DNA of 64,000 nucleotides from Marsupella aquatica (Eukaryota > Plantae > Marchantiophyta), in the NCBI GenBank assembly GCA_973895155.1, contig OZ316891.1:22395168-22459167 (forward strand), given 5' to 3'. Shown here piece by piece: positions 1 through 13,588 of the stretch; positions within the stretch are counted from its first letter, which is position 1; each line of letters starts with the position of its first letter. The notes beneath the pieces were generated by a model that worked only from the letters and a program-made list of their open reading frames with translations, was not told where the DNA came from and did not search any database. The translations under genes and the position numbers were made by a program.

Positions 1-1958
1 CAAGCTGGACGTCCACATCTGACTGGTGGCACATTTTCAGGTGAGACGTCTTTGTAAATTTCGAAGGATGATTTTCGACTCTATACTGGTCCCATTGTAC
101 ACTAGTGAAGTTCCCTAGTACAAATTGACTCGTAGAAAACAGTCTCGTTCCGATCCTCTTTGATTGCGTGACGCTACAGGGGAATTACAGCTGTGCTCTA
201 TTCTGGAGTGCATGTCTGTTCCATGTATCGGTTCTACTCTCCATCCAACAATTCATACTTTGTGGAGGTCAACATGTTGACCAAAAATGACGTCTTTGCA
301 TGGAAGGCACAAAGCAATCTGCAATAAAAGTGGATCGAGTCAATCACTTTTCGGGGAAAAGATGGTTGGGTATTGTTTCTTCAGAGGGAAGATACTTTCA
401 CAGTTCTCTATTTGTGGATTGTCCGTTGTTCATTGTTATTTCCTGTCCTCCCAACCTGCTGCTGTGGATACCGATTTGCAAATTTGGTCTCTACCTTTTT
501 TTGGCTCCAATTGTAATGAAGGAACTGAGTAAGTTTTGGAATGCACGTCTGTGGTAAGACCGACCGAAGAATCCGTTAGTCACAGCTAGAATCCTTGCCA
601 TAAGAGCCTTGCTGGCCATTCTCCCTTGAAAAGGGGATTTTCAATGGTGTTTTTATATTATTAACGCCTTGGTTGGTGACACGATGGACACCAAAACCTG
701 AGCTTCTTGTCCTTGTGAATTTAAATGTGCCAGTACTGTTGTAGACATAATTTCTCTTGGTCTGGCTCGTCTGGTTGATACATTTTTAAGATCTGACTTT
801 TGAAGAGAGTGGAGGTTCAAAGGATCTAGTCATGGATAGGTATTGCTCATCCTGCGTTGCTTTTAATTGAGATGTTTGCCTTGTTTCCGGTCTGATGTGA
901 GCTTGTCATCTCACCAGGCGAGTACGGGTCATGAGGTAGTCTCTCAATTGTAGTCTGTTGTTGTATGATTGTCCTGACAGGTACTTGTATGTCTTCTCTA
1001 GCAATACTCCTTTCATGCCCCGGGAAGACTCGGGGATCTTACGTCCTCCCTTCAGCCTCAAACGATGTGCTTCAACCATTATCTTAAAAATTAGAACTAG
1101 TAGTTAAGCCCTGGCGAAGTAGGTCTATCCTCAACTATCAATATGGAGATTAGATGACTGCAGTTGATTGTCTTTGCAAGTGAACAGAAAGTCTTGCGGT
1201 CTGGAAACTAAGTCCACCCACTATCAGATCCAGACACGTATGAAGATGATAAAGTGACTGCCTAAATGATCTCATGATTGGAAGGAGGGCATATGTGGAC
1301 ACTGAATGAGGCTCTGGAGGGGATGCGATATGACCAAAGACTATTCGATCTCGTCAGAAACGCGTTTGAAAAGGACGTTCTGTGAGTGTCACATTTAAAC
1401 GTTTGATCATGAACTGTGATAGATCATTTTGGCCGAAGGCTAGTTAAACTGTTATGGAGTAGTCCAAGGCAAATTTATAGAATGCAACGATGCAGTTGTT
1501 ATTGCAAATAGAGCTCTCTGGGTATATATATCACAGTGCAGAAAAGACACTGGACTGTCCATTCTTGGTTAGACTCTCAAGAGAAATAGTTATGTTAAAT
1601 GGTACAAGGGATTTGTGTAGAGTTTTGTACAAAGCATGGGAAGATAAGTAGTCATTTGTGAATGAGAATAAGGAGAGTATTTTGGTATTCACATCCGACT
1701 TCAAAGATTTAGATGAACACCTTGACTCAAGATTCCGCTGCTAACACATGCATTTCTATTGGATATGTCCTTCTGATCTTGCTATTGTGGGGGACTAGGG
1801 CTTTTTGGCTCTTTGTGGGGTTTTCCCCCTTGTTTCTCCCCATTATTGGGTCTATTGCGTTTGGGAGCATTGTGACATATATAATTAAAGCATTGCAAAA
1901 CTAATCTGATACTCATGAGAGCATCTTCAGCAACTCCAGCGGTGGGGTCAATTGAGTC

Positions 1959-2450
1959 TGTAACCATGCATGTAGGGGCAGCCAACTTCCATCTTCACAA
2001 CTATGTCATATTTGGTAGAATTGACACCTATGAGAGAGTACCTCTATCCTGGCCTGTATTCCCATCTATGTCAAGAAATTCTACCACATGTCACAATATC
2101 TTGGATATGCTTCTGTAACCATGCATGTAGGGGCAGCCAACTTCCAGGCAGCCAACTTCCATCTTCACAACTCTAGCTGTCATATTTGGTAGAAATGACA
2201 CCCATGAGAGAGTACCTCTATCCTGGCCTGTATTCCCATGTATGTCAAGAAATTCTACCACATGTCACAAGATCCTAGATATGCTATGCTTCTATAACCA
2301 TGCATGTAGGGGCAGCCAACTTCCATCTTCACAACTCTAGCTGACATATTTGATAGAAATGACACCCAGGGGAGAGTACCTCTATCCTGGCCTGTATACC
2401 CATCTATGTCAAGAAATTCTACCACACGTCACAAGATCCTAGATATGCTT
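1959..2450. repeat. Tandem repeat, ~155-180 bp unit x3
   Basis: Unit ctgtaaccatgcatgtaggggcagccaacttccatcttcacaact...gtcacaagatcctagatatgct recurs at ~1959, ~2113 and ~2292 with few substitutions. Confidence 0.9.
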
Positions 2451-2548
2451 TAGATTTTGAACCTGGGTGTGGCAACACACCACTTTGGAGAGGATAGAGG
2501 TCAAACAAAGGGCGCAACTGCTTGTGATTGACAATCCAACGTAGGGCT

Positions 2549-2691
2549 TTTTTTAATTAATTTTTAAAAAAAAATTAAGGGAAAATATGTGAAACCCCAC
2601 AGAAAGGGATCAGTCAGTCACAACTTTTGAACCCGAGACCTATGAGTCACTACTCAAGTGAGCTACCACACAACCATGCCTCTATGGGCCA
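2549..2691 (-). mobile_element. Short tRNA-derived SINE, family B
   Basis: Reverse strand reads ...gtggtagctcacttgagtag...gggttcaa...ccctttctgtggggtttcaca...A-rich tail and matches 15067-15196. Flanked by the near-identical caa(c/t)gtaggg(g)ctttttttaatt. Confidence 0.7.
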
Positions 2692-2872
2692 ATGTAGGGG
2701 CTTTTTTTAATTTCTAGGCCTCCAAATGATTGGCTAACTAAGTTTGGGTGCAAGAGTGCCTAGGTGACACAATCCAATATGGAGGCTTTTCTAATTTCCA
2801 GGCCTCCATTTTTCTTGCTAACTTTTGGGTTTAGGTTTAGCAATCACCCCTAAACCTCTGGAGATCTCTAAT

Positions 2873-4413
2873 TGATGTTGGGATATGATCTAGACTGGTT
2901 GAGACAACAAGTCACGGAACTCGACTACCTTAACACTTAGCTCCGGCGTTGCTGACTCCGACGCCGAGCTCCCTTACGGTCCAGGCCCGGATAGGCCATC
3001 CGGGGAGGACTTAGCATGGGGAGACTTGTGGGCAACGAGACATGGCGCTAGCGAAGGCAAGGAGCCAAGTTGATGACACACACTAAGGACTGGGACTAGT
3101 TGAGGGCTGGTCGGGTCAAGGGGAAATGGGTCGGGCTCAAAGACGACCGTCCGGACCTCTGGATGGACTTTGAGTTTTGAGGGCTTGAGTGTGAGCTCCT
3201 CTTGGGCCCAAGGCCAATGGAGTTGACGTCATAGGCAACGGACACTGGGGGCGCAAGCTATGGCCTGATCCGGGTTAGGCCGATCAGGGGCCCCGAGCGA
3301 CGGTGAGACCTGAGGACCTAGGCATGAGCACTGGGTCGGCCCGGTCACAACGGGCTAAGGCACTCCGCTTGCAGATGCCTAACGAGAAAGTCATGGGCGT
3401 TGTCAATTGGTGGCGCGCCCATTATGCGCAATAGGATCCGGGTTGGACGTCAAATGTTTAGGGACCAAAGCTGGTCCGGGGGTGGCAGGTCTCCAGAAGC
3501 ATATTGAGGGGATTGGTGTCTCCCTGGGGGCTAAGGGCGAGCCGAAGTCGTGAGCCGCGGCGGTCGCGACACTAAGGGAATCCGCCAAACAAAAACGGTG
3601 ATATTTTCCCAACGGGAAGTCTGTTGGAGAACTTCTTGGGTGCGTTGGAAAGCTCTCAAGGAGGGCTACGCCCTCCTAAGCTCAACTGGGTCTAGGGGCA
3701 CCATGGATTCTCGGGGTTTGCAGGTGTTAACTCGACCGCTTGCCAAATCCTGTTGAACAGTAGCCAAGCCGTGTTTAGTCTCCCAAGGGAGCTTGCATTG
3801 GGGAGGCAAGGCCAAGTAGGTGTGGAGGTAGAGTTCCAAGAGTGTTCGGCCCCTAGACCATCAGTGAGACAAACTGGGAGTTGGTTGCTAGAGTCGGGGC
3901 CATTCTGGTCCCGGCGTGTTGGGACAAGCTTGGGACAAACTTTAGGACAAGCTACGCTATTTGGGCCATGAACATGCCCTGGGGTCAAGGCGGTCAGTTG
4001 GTGATGGATAGGTATGAGGGGGAACCCAGGCCGCACCCAAGTAAGGAGCTGTTCTGGATGAACAGTGGGCGTGGGTTCTGGTTCCGGCTTATGGCATTGG
4101 GAGAACCTATCGCTGACCTATTTACCAATGTCTGTTGAGCTTGAGTTAGGATGCTAGACTTGGCAAGTTCTAGATCCTGAAGGGTTACTTACCAAAGTGC
4201 TTGGTTGCTTGTGCAGACTGTGAGGACTGTTGAGTAGCGGTCGGGTTGGAGAGCAAGTGCGGCTTCGTATGGGAGGGGCCGCTTGCGGTGCAAGGGGGCA
4301 CTAGGTTGTTTGCTTGAGGTATTCTGTGGAGGCATTCGGGCACCAGGGGCACTTAGACGTGAGTGCTGGGATTGGTGAGGGCGTTGGGTGGCAAGGTCCA
4401 CCACTCAACATCA
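2873..4413. mobile_element. Possible solo LTR (GC-rich block bounded by TGATGTTG...CAACATCA)
   Basis: GC-rich 1.5-kb segment in AT-richer surroundings with an 8-9 bp terminal inverted repeat starting TG and ending CA. No TSD found and no recognisable ORF. Confidence 0.3.
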
Positions 4414-4551
4414 ACATGTATGAACATTCATCCATAGACTTTGACACTGAAAGTATGTGGTGCACCTCGTCTGGGCTACGTCCACGACTGTGAGAAAAAT
4501 TTAAGTATTGCAAAATAATTACAACTGACAACCATAACCAACGTGCTAGAG

Positions 4552-4553
<2 letters not shown>

Positions 4554-4613
<60 letters not shown>
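4554..4613. repeat. (CT)n microsatellite
   Basis: About 30 perfect CT units; explains the poly-RE ORFs on the minus strand. Confidence 0.97.
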
Positions 4614-4617
<4 letters not shown>

Positions 4618-5249
4618 GTGAGTGAACCATCAAGTGTGAGCTCAAGTTTGTGTTCCCCTTGGGCATACCCCCTCCCATGGTCTATGGAAACTTGGAACTT
4701 TTCAATTACTCTAACATTTACCAAGGTAGCATAAGAAACCCAAGAAACTTTTCAACTTCTCTAACATTTAACGAGGTAACTTAAGAAATACTTTGGCTAC
4801 TATGGATAGAGGAGTAACAAACAAAGGTAATAAACACCATAACTACTATGGGTATCTGAGGAATATCAAAGGACTTGGACAAGTCCTTTCAACTACTATA
4901 TATGGACAAACTAATACTTTGCATGAACCGTATGGAATTTTACATATATAGTATAGACATGAGGGGTACTAAGGGAAAAAGTTTTGTATGGAGAATTACT
5001 CTACATATTACCATGTATTTACTCTTATTTGTGTTCAATTAAATTGTTCTAACTACCTTTAAAATTCATTTCATTTAAAATTCTCCATTTAATCTTTGTC
5101 CTCTCATCTATCTATTTCAATGTGCAACTCTTCATGGCTCCAAATAGCTCAAATAACCAGCTTACATAACCAAGGAGTCCTCGAACTAATTCTCTTTTCT
5201 CTAAGGTGTCATTCTACTCTACTCTTTAGGGAAAAAATACTTTTAATAA

Positions 5250-7200
5250 TGAAATTTGGATCTGGTACTGGTAGCTCTTGAAGGGGAAGCTGTGGGTGAA
5301 GGGATGATAGAATGATGCCCTTAAAATTTTGTGCCCAAAGTTCTTAGATTGCCTGATGTAGGTGGAACTTGAGAGAATTTGGCCATAGATGGGGTTCTCA
5401 AAGTGCTCGTCGTAGAGATCAAGACATCGCAATGAATAGGGTGTGTCAAAGTTCTCCCGTAACCAAAGTGTCACTACTTTATTTTTTTGGACATATCACC
5501 CATATAGGATAAGTATTTTTGTTGGCCATCGTGATTTTTTCCTGCAATAACAAAGTTTTATGTCCTGAGCAGTAACTGACTTACAACTATGCTTTGACAT
5601 GCCCTAATGTCTTGAGACAATTTTCCTGGTAGACAAGATTCTTGAGGTGCTCGACACAGATCCAGACATCACAATAACAAACAATTGAGAAAAGTTTCCC
5701 AAATACGAGTTTCTCCAATTGCCTCTAAGAAGTGATTCAAGAACGTTGGAAATGGACAACAAGCTGCTGTCCAAGTTTCTCAGCGCAAATCAAGAAATCA
5801 CAATGATGAAATGACTTGAGAATACTTCCACAAATGCAAGGGTCTTTAATTACCTCGAAGATATGATTTGGAGACTTCGGAAATGGAAGACCTCCTCGAG
5901 TTGCCGAGTATTCTGTGGCTGCGGCTTCCTCTCTAGATCGCCCAAATGATTTATTGCTTCTAGAGAGAAGGAGCACCAGTCGGCCAACGATTGCATGCAA
6001 CTCGTACGGCTCATACCAGATCTGCTACTTCAAGTGGATGAGAAGAAAGGAAAAGGTTGATTGCAATAGAATTGCATGCTCCTGAGTTGATAGTCTATCC
6101 TCTGTTAGATGGGTCAGCTTTCGGTATTCAAGGCAAAAAACAGATTGCAATACTACTTTTCTCATCCAGGCTATTATTCTATAGATTTAGGACCTGACTT
6201 TTTGAGCTGCAAACGAATTGAGCACACTTTCTCAGGCCCTGCATTGTCTGGATAAGGATTGTGGTTTAGGAATCTAAGTGGAAAGAAGCGCCGGAATTGG
6301 GAGTTCATATCCATGACTTGTTCCAATTCTTAGGTTTCCCCAGAACTTTCGGAAGTGGTACCCATAGCATTACAGTGATGGCATTACGCTGCTACACTTT
6401 CTTCAAAAAGTCATTTCATTTTTTGATATTGTGGCATGTTTAGTAGACTCCGTTTGAAGCACCACCGAATCGACATGAAGGTATTTCCCGATCTCTCCTT
6501 GCTACCCAGTTTTTCCTGAGGGCTATAGCATGCATCAATGACTGGAAGAGCTGCAGGAAACCTTTTTCATTGAGGCCCCTTAATCTCGCAGGAAAGTGGA
6601 TTTGGGTGACTTTGAGCAAACCAAATAATCAGAGTCTTGCCCAAAAGCTAGAGACATGCAAGTGGGCCTAACCAAGAGCTCAGTCACAGGTTACATTCTA
6701 AGAAGCGAAGATAAGCCATGGAGGCTGGGGGTTGTGGGATTGCGTGAGAACAAGGGAGCCAGGGAGCAAAGCAAGGATACAATGAAGATCTCGTCTGGGA
6801 CGGTTTGGCTTTCGATTCACATCCCTGCTGCATTGCACAGTCTTGGGGATTCCTTGCACAGGTGTAATGAAAAGCTTCTCCACCGACAAGGGGAGCGACG
6901 TCACACCAATTATGCAAGGAGAGTACAATAAAAGGGATGCATCAATGACCATGACGTCGCTTTTCTCTCATCTCGGCTGGCCTCTCTAAGATGAGAAAAA
7001 ATTTCCGAAATTTTTTTTCAAATTTTTTTTTGGGAAAATTTTTGAATTTTTTTTGGGGTTTTTTTTCAGTTCATACGCCCATCTTGGCGAGGTCAGCCGA
7101 GATTGAGTCAACCTCAGCTACCCAGCTGATATGCACGGAGGTTCAAAGGCCCCATCTCAACTCCTCAACTGAGATTCTGAAATTTTTTATATAACTAATA
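5250..7200 (-). pseudogene. Probable decayed hAT-type transposase remnant
   Basis: Frame-broken minus-strand fragments resemble hAT motifs (a GASN-like stretch near 6460, LRNLDSSL near 5770, FYHPFTHSF near 5300). Recognised by eye only. Confidence 0.3.
6069..6142 (+). mobile_element. 3' fragment of SINE family A with 10-bp TSD
   Basis: gtctatcctctgttagatgggtcagctttcggtattcaaggcaaaaaa matches the 3' end of the 15979-16266 element. gattgcaata is repeated at 6059-6068 and 6143-6152. Confidence 0.8.
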
Positions 7201-8279
7201 TCAATGATTGATATCAGTTATTAGCCACTGATAACCACTGATAACTGATGATGTTGTGTACCCCACACCCTGTCCACCTCCCATGACACAAGTTAACTGT
7301 CACCAAGGTACAACGATGTGCGTTTGGGGACCTAGTCAGCCAATACCGAATCTAATCATTATAGAGTAGTCACCCTGCTCATGTTGAATCTAGTGAACTT
7401 TGTATATAACCAGCATACTGTAACCTGGGGGCTATTATCAAGTGTGTATGTTGCACGAAAAACAATTTTACCGGAGGTGCATTAATGATAGTCCCAAAAA
7501 TAGCCATTGGTAATGTAGAACATCCGACATCCGAAGACAATGAAGAGCTCTAATGTGTCAGCAATGGTGTTTGTGAAGAGCGGCAAGTCAGAGTGGTAAA
7601 GTGTGGGTATCTGTTTCAACAAAAATTGTTTGCTCGTGCCATAGCCTACAGTTCCCTCCAGTAATTTCCATAATTGTCAAACATTTATTCTCTTTCCAAC
7701 AAGCCCAACAAGCAATCTTCCGATCATCTGGCAGCAGCTGAAGAACTACCATTCAAGGAAAAAAAAACCTTTTAGGAATTTACGCTTCAATTCCCATGTC
7801 AGGTCAAAAGCTGACAAAAGTCAGGAAGAAACGCATTAGTTCCCATCGTCTCATAGCCTCAGCCCTGGTCTCAGGTCAATAATGTATTCCCCAAAAAAAG
7901 TGTAGTGGAGCCATTGGAGGAAGTCAGCAGTTCCTTAACACTATCATAGATGAGCTTTTGGGTTTTTGTAATTTGAATTCATGCCATGCAGATTTAACAA
8001 AAACAGGCATGAATTTTGGGTCCTATATCTATAGTTTAGATTAGAGAGCACTCTAATTGCGAGATTTAAGGAGAAATCCTGAACCACAGCTATGTGTATC
8101 AACTCAGAAACTTTTGTACTTGTGTGAACAGAACGACCCTTCAACTGTTCGCTTGAGTACACATAAATATTTGCATTTCGTAACGAATGGTTTCGTCAAT
8201 AGTGCATATGTTAGCAGGTATGTTATTCAACATTCACAGTACGTTATCACAAAGATGAATGTTGCTCTCACAATAGAGA

Positions 8280-9150
8280 GGCTATGAAAAATAGCTAGAG
8301 ACAAGTTGAAAGAAAACATTGTTTGGAAGTGTCTTCATTAAGTCGACTCTGGACCAGCTAGCGTAAACCACAAGATGTGGTGCAGTTTCTTTCCTAGTAG
8401 ATATGTGCCAACTCCGTTCAGAACAAGTGAACCGTTGAAGCATTGTTTCTACCCCATCGGGTACTCTAAGCACCCTTCTTTGACATGAAGTTCATTTGAG
8501 TAGAACAAGGATGAGATCTGACAACTTCATCCAAACAAAGCAATGTGGAAACCATTCAATAGTTCCAATTTGTGACAAAAGCAAAAGGAGAAACGTTTGG
8601 CCCCTCCATATCGTTGCAAGTTGCATACATCGCTCAGGTAGGTGTGACTCGGTACATGAGGATTCATCATTGGATTTTAGAAATTGCAACTGCAATTGAA
8701 AGCGACAAATATTTCACAATTTGAGAACCATAATCAAACAAACAGCCCTTTATTAAAAGAACACATGAGAAATGTTGAGATGTTTGGCATTGGAACCACA
8801 AAAAATATGCTCTCCATCAGAGGATACATGTCTTTCCTATGAGATACTATGGTCCAAATTTTGAATTCATCAGGTCATCTAAAGGCGAGATTGAAACATC
8901 ATGAACCCTAACTCATTTTCTTCAATGGACTTTATCAGTGTCCATAAATGGGTCATAATTAAAGTCTCTTGCAAGCCTAGACAGCTGCTAGAAATGGTGC
9001 AAAAACTCTCGCTGCAAGAAGAAGCGCTATTAGAACTGAGACGTAGGGAGTACTGAGGATTGAAGAACAGGAATTGAGAATTGTCAAAGACTTGGAGTGA
9101 AGCTCGCATGTGCACCCTGAAATCTATGCATCATTTTTAAGAATATCTAG
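8280..9150 (-). pseudogene. Possible second decayed hAT transposase fragment
   Basis: CSERSWHISTRK resembles the hAT dimerisation-domain motif (CERNWS..HTKKRNRL), and a HPLHAAYFL-like stretch lies near 8810-8830. Multiple stops and frameshifts. Confidence 0.3.
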
Positions 9151-10470
9151 AAGTGCATCATAAATCATTGGCATTGGATTAGTAAACCTTGAGTCAAATG
9201 AAGTGAGGAGTAAGTTGTGGTGGTTTCATAGAACCTGAGACTAATTCCAGGATGAGTGTATTTGCTAAATGGAAAGCATTATCTCCATAACATAATTCAC
9301 AATTGTTGATTGATTCATCTTGAGCATTAACAAGACTGTTGTTTGCCTTAATTTTCCTTGGAAAGATTTCTAAGTATAATCAATTTTGATAATCCAATAA
9401 CTTTCAGGACAAAACACAAGAATTGGAAAGACTGCAGCGAGGAAGTTGCTCAACAACCATGCCCTGCTCGCAAGAGCAATACGATCGGGTCCCAACCTTC
9501 AGCCGGAGGAGAAGAATTTGGATTGAAGATGTCCTGCCACTAGAAGTTGACAAGCTATGAATGGCTCGCTCATTCACACCCCCTGAAAACTCAACACAAT
9601 TGACAACATATCAAGTTTGTCACACAATAAGGTTGCGAGAGCACCACCTGTAGCAAACTTAGCTGCAAAGATCTCAACGCTACCAGAACCTGAGAACGAG
9701 CTAAAGACAAGTCCAGTCAAAGGAGAAGCAAGTCCAGTCAAAGGAGAAGCAGAGAAGCCTGAAGCTAGTGTTGAATCTTACAAATTCACCTATCTTGACT
9801 ATAGAGCATCTTCAGGATGCGCAGTTCACTGCCACATCGGTGACTGCCAAAGGACGGTAATTAGATTCATCCATGAATGCCTTCTAACTATCTTTGAGGC
9901 ACTCATTGGGCAAATATACACATATACCATAGAAGTGAAGCAACTTTTCAGCATTTATTTCGTGATGTGAATTCTTGGAGACATTCCAGGGGGCAACCTA
10001 ACAGCACGAGATTCCTAAAGTTAAAGTAGAGGCCACCAAAGTAGTTATATGAGCTATTTTGTGTTGAACGATTCCTGACTAATTCCTCTTTCAACTCTCC
10101 TCCAAACCTGTATAATTATGCCTTAATCAATTTTTGGTATTAATTTTAGATTCACCATGTTGATGATTTCCACCTTATCACTCTTTTAGATTGTAGGCTT
10201 CATGTCATCTCATGTAAACTTTTGAGATATTGAGTTGCCTGCTCAAGGCTCCAAGGCTAACTCGAGAGCTATTTCTTGTCCGCACCTTGATTTCAAGCAT
10301 TCCCAAGACAACAATTGAATTGTCTCGTGAGAGAACAATATGTTCCCCGCCCTAAAGCGGGAATGGACCAGGAAGAATGTAAGAGTTTAGAAATTAAGAA
10401 GTTCAGTTGATCATTCAAGTTGCGGATCATTTTGATAACAAAGGGTCATTTTTCTCCGGGGAATGGATTC

Positions 10471-12136
10471 ATGCAGGGATGTCTTCCATGCATACCAGTG
10501 CAGTGGAAGTTACTAGTTCGTAGGGGATTTGTTGTCAGTTTAACTCGTGTTGCGTGGCTCTGTTTGTGCTTCTCCAACAACTTTTCTACCTTCTCTCTCT
10601 GCCTTCGCAGAGTTGCTTGTGTATGTTTGCTCACACTCTCGGCCATGTTGTGTTTGGAATGTACAGCATGTTCAATGCCATAAAACCATCTAAAAATATT
10701 ATTCACAGCTCTCAGATCGATACTCTATGACACTCTATGACACTACATGTATCAAGTAGCCCAATTCCTCTGTTATTGTTTTGGTCTGCATTTTAGGTGC
10801 TGTGCTTATGCTATACTTTGATAGTCTCTCGACATCTATCTCACATAAATATTGGAATGTTAGACGGTTTGGCTGTCATTCCATGTATTGGCCCTTGAAG
10901 CATGTGAATCAGACTCCAACAAGGTCATAAATGACTTAAGTTACAATTGAATAAGAGAGGAAATATCTAAAAATACTACTCTTTGGTTTGAATGGATAGT
11001 TCAATAGCTTGACAAAGGTTCTTGTTGTTTCAATTACTCATTGGTTTATGAGCTGGTCTCGTTGGAAGTTAGTAATGTGATTGAAACCCAATAACCTTTT
11101 CCTATTGATTAGCCTCCGATCAAGCCCTTCCAAAAATATGATGGGTGAAAGTCTTGTGATGCATAATAATTCAGTTCCCCAGTTGTGTGGAAAGTGGCAA
11201 ACATCAACCTAAGTACTAGACTATTGTAGGTTGGCTTCTCTACAGACAGTAGACACCATGGCAACCACAGCTGTGGATGTGAAGGAGCTGCCAAACTCTT
11301 ACATATTTGTGGCTGACATGCCTGGTCTGAAACATTCTGAAATCAAGGTAGTGTTTTCCAAACAGCCTGAAAATTGTTGATCATATCTAACAATTTCAAG
11401 AATACAATGCATCTTTTGTCAAGAATCTCTAATCATAACAACAATATCACCTTGACTCTTGTTTAGGTTGGCATGGGTCAATTTATTGTGTGATAATAGA
11501 TAATGGTTGGCTCCATTTTCTATACAACAAATGTAAAAATGTTCCTCACTAGCTGAGCAGAAGCCTACAATTGTAGAGTGAGTCCATGATTTCAAGTTTT
11601 AAAGCTATCCAGAATACACTCCAATCAAGAAATTCATTCACTTGACTTGTGAGCAGGTTAGAGAGGTATCCATAGGAAGAGGCACTATTTGATTGATGTG
11701 GTGTCATGGCTACTAAGATTGGAATACAAGACAGTGGGAAAAATGCAAAAGAAGTTGTTTAGAGTGTGGGCTATGGGACCCTGTATGGAATTGGGATGGG
11801 ACCAAGATGGGACCTTTCTAAATGCAATAATGAGCTGTAAATGAGAGATGTTTGTAGGTGCAAGTGGAGAATGACAGTGTATTGAAGATAAGTGGAGAAC
11901 GGAAGCGGGATGATTTCGCCACTGATACGGAGATCAAATATGTTCGAGTGGAGCGAAGTGCTGGAAAGTTTATGCGCAAGTTCAATCTGCCTGCCAATGC
12001 TAATTTGGATGGTATCTCAGCTGCATGTCAAGATGGACTCCTCACTGTGATTGTACCAAAGAACCCACCACCTGATCCCCACCGACCTCGTACCTTTGAT
12101 GTCAATGTTGGCTCCACCAGTGTTGCTCCTCCATAA
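10471..12136 (+). CDS. Class II cytosolic small heat-shock / alpha-crystallin-domain protein with Cys-rich N-terminal exon (paralogue 1)
   Basis: Exons 10471-10620, 11246-11347 and 11858-12136, all GT-AG, phase 0, giving 176 aa. Contains [22 protein letters not shown]|[17 protein letters not shown]...[38 protein letters not shown], typical of class II sHSPs. The start is uncertain because ATGCAG could instead be a splice acceptor. Confidence 0.85.
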
Positions 12137-13378
12137 CCTCAGATTGAATTCATGTGCTCTTGGTCCTCTCTGCCTGGACAGTTTGTTGGAATTTTTGTGT
12201 AGGTTTTGTTTAGAGGAGGAGGTTCTATCTTCACATTTTCAAATACTTCTCCCCTTTGCCAGCGTGATCACCCTCCTTGTTGTGCCACTTGAGTTTAGCT
12301 CAGCTTCCACAAGCTCTGGATTGAGGCAATTCCTCCTGACAAATAGAGCTTTATTTTTCTCCTTGTATTGCATTCACTTGGTACTATAGGTTCATCAAAG
12401 TAAAACTTAGGGGTACTGCAAATCCATCACAAGCAAATGTGCGCCAGGTCCTCTTGCTCTGTTTTATAAAGATTCCCAGGATGGACCTGATGGTTGTTTA
12501 TTTTAGTGAGGTGCTCCTGAGTGCAGATTGCTAATCAATAATGGCATGGAGGCTGGGTCAGATTGGTACAGACGTCAAATACTCTTCAATTACAATATTG
12601 TAAAGTAATCATGAGAGTTCTGTGCGTACGTGTACATTGTAAACACATAATTGTTTTCTAAAAGTGGTTAAATTAATTCAGATGGTCATCTCTATTCAAG
12701 CTCAACTCCAATGCTCTGCAAGCACATTAAAGCTGGCACAGCAGTAGTGTTAATACTACTCTGCTAACCTTGGAGGAGAAAATACATTACAAGATTTTCC
12801 AAAAGTCATCTGCAGTCACTGAATAGTGAAGCTACATCTTACCTTCTCATAACACATTTCAATGGGTTAGGCGCAGTACATTTCAATGAGTTCAATGTAC
12901 ATCCTTAATATGGGGAAAGTTGGATAGAGAGATCAAAGATTCCTCCTCTTGGGTCGCCTTTAGTCCTTTGCTATTTTTTATCATTTGAGTTTTAAAAAAT
13001 GCTTTTGCCTCTTTTGGCCCCCTACTGTAGTGAATTTTTTGGGTCCTAGTACACGTGCGAATTTCTATGAACATTATACTGGCACTGTCGCTTGAAATAA
13101 GGGAGAACAGTTTCTTTTCTCCCATTTTTAATTTTGTCAAAGCGATTTTTGACTACAAGGCAGTCTTAAGATATTTTACATTAATAAAAATCTGATCCAA
13201 ATATTATTAGAAGAGTGGAATAGAAGATTGATAAAACTTGGTTGGGATCTATACAATGTCAACCCCGATGTAAACACTCGTGTAAATACAATTTCACTTG
13301 ATAAATCATAAGGATCTGCCACAATTGTTTTTAGCCTTTATCTAGTGCCCACTCGAAAACCTAGATTTTAATTTATTA

Positions 13379-13588
13379 AACTACTTTGCCACTGAAGATG
13401 GTCCAATTGACGATACTGTCACAGTTTGTTTTTATATTCACAAATGTGCCATGGTTTTGCATATGGACAACAAGTCCACCAATTCCCCCTGGGTAACCAG
13501 ATACAAAAACTGTCAGTGGCATATTTGTAAATACAATAAAACAGTGGTAGTATCATAAATTACAACATTTTTTGTGGCAATGTAGTTA
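13379..13588. mobile_element. Mutator-like MITE with ~70-bp imperfect terminal inverted repeats
   Basis: aactactttgccactgaagatgg...cacaaatgtgccat pairs with gtggcatatttgtaaatac...tgtggcaatgtagtt. Confidence 0.65.

Noticed and set aside
1-1500. Short ORFs at the window start
   Set aside because: No recognisable domain or consistent splice structure on either strand.
4301-4724. ORFs with poly-(RE) tracts
   Set aside because: Translation of the (CT)n microsatellite.
10446-10706. Antisense ORFs 10446-10706 (-) and 22833-23039 (+) also look conserved (PLRT.N.HC.G.HG.HP)
   Set aside because: This antisense frame shares wobble positions with the sense exon, so it mirrors the conservation. In paralogue 2 its ATG lies inside the conserved block, and similarity ends at sense-strand splice signals.
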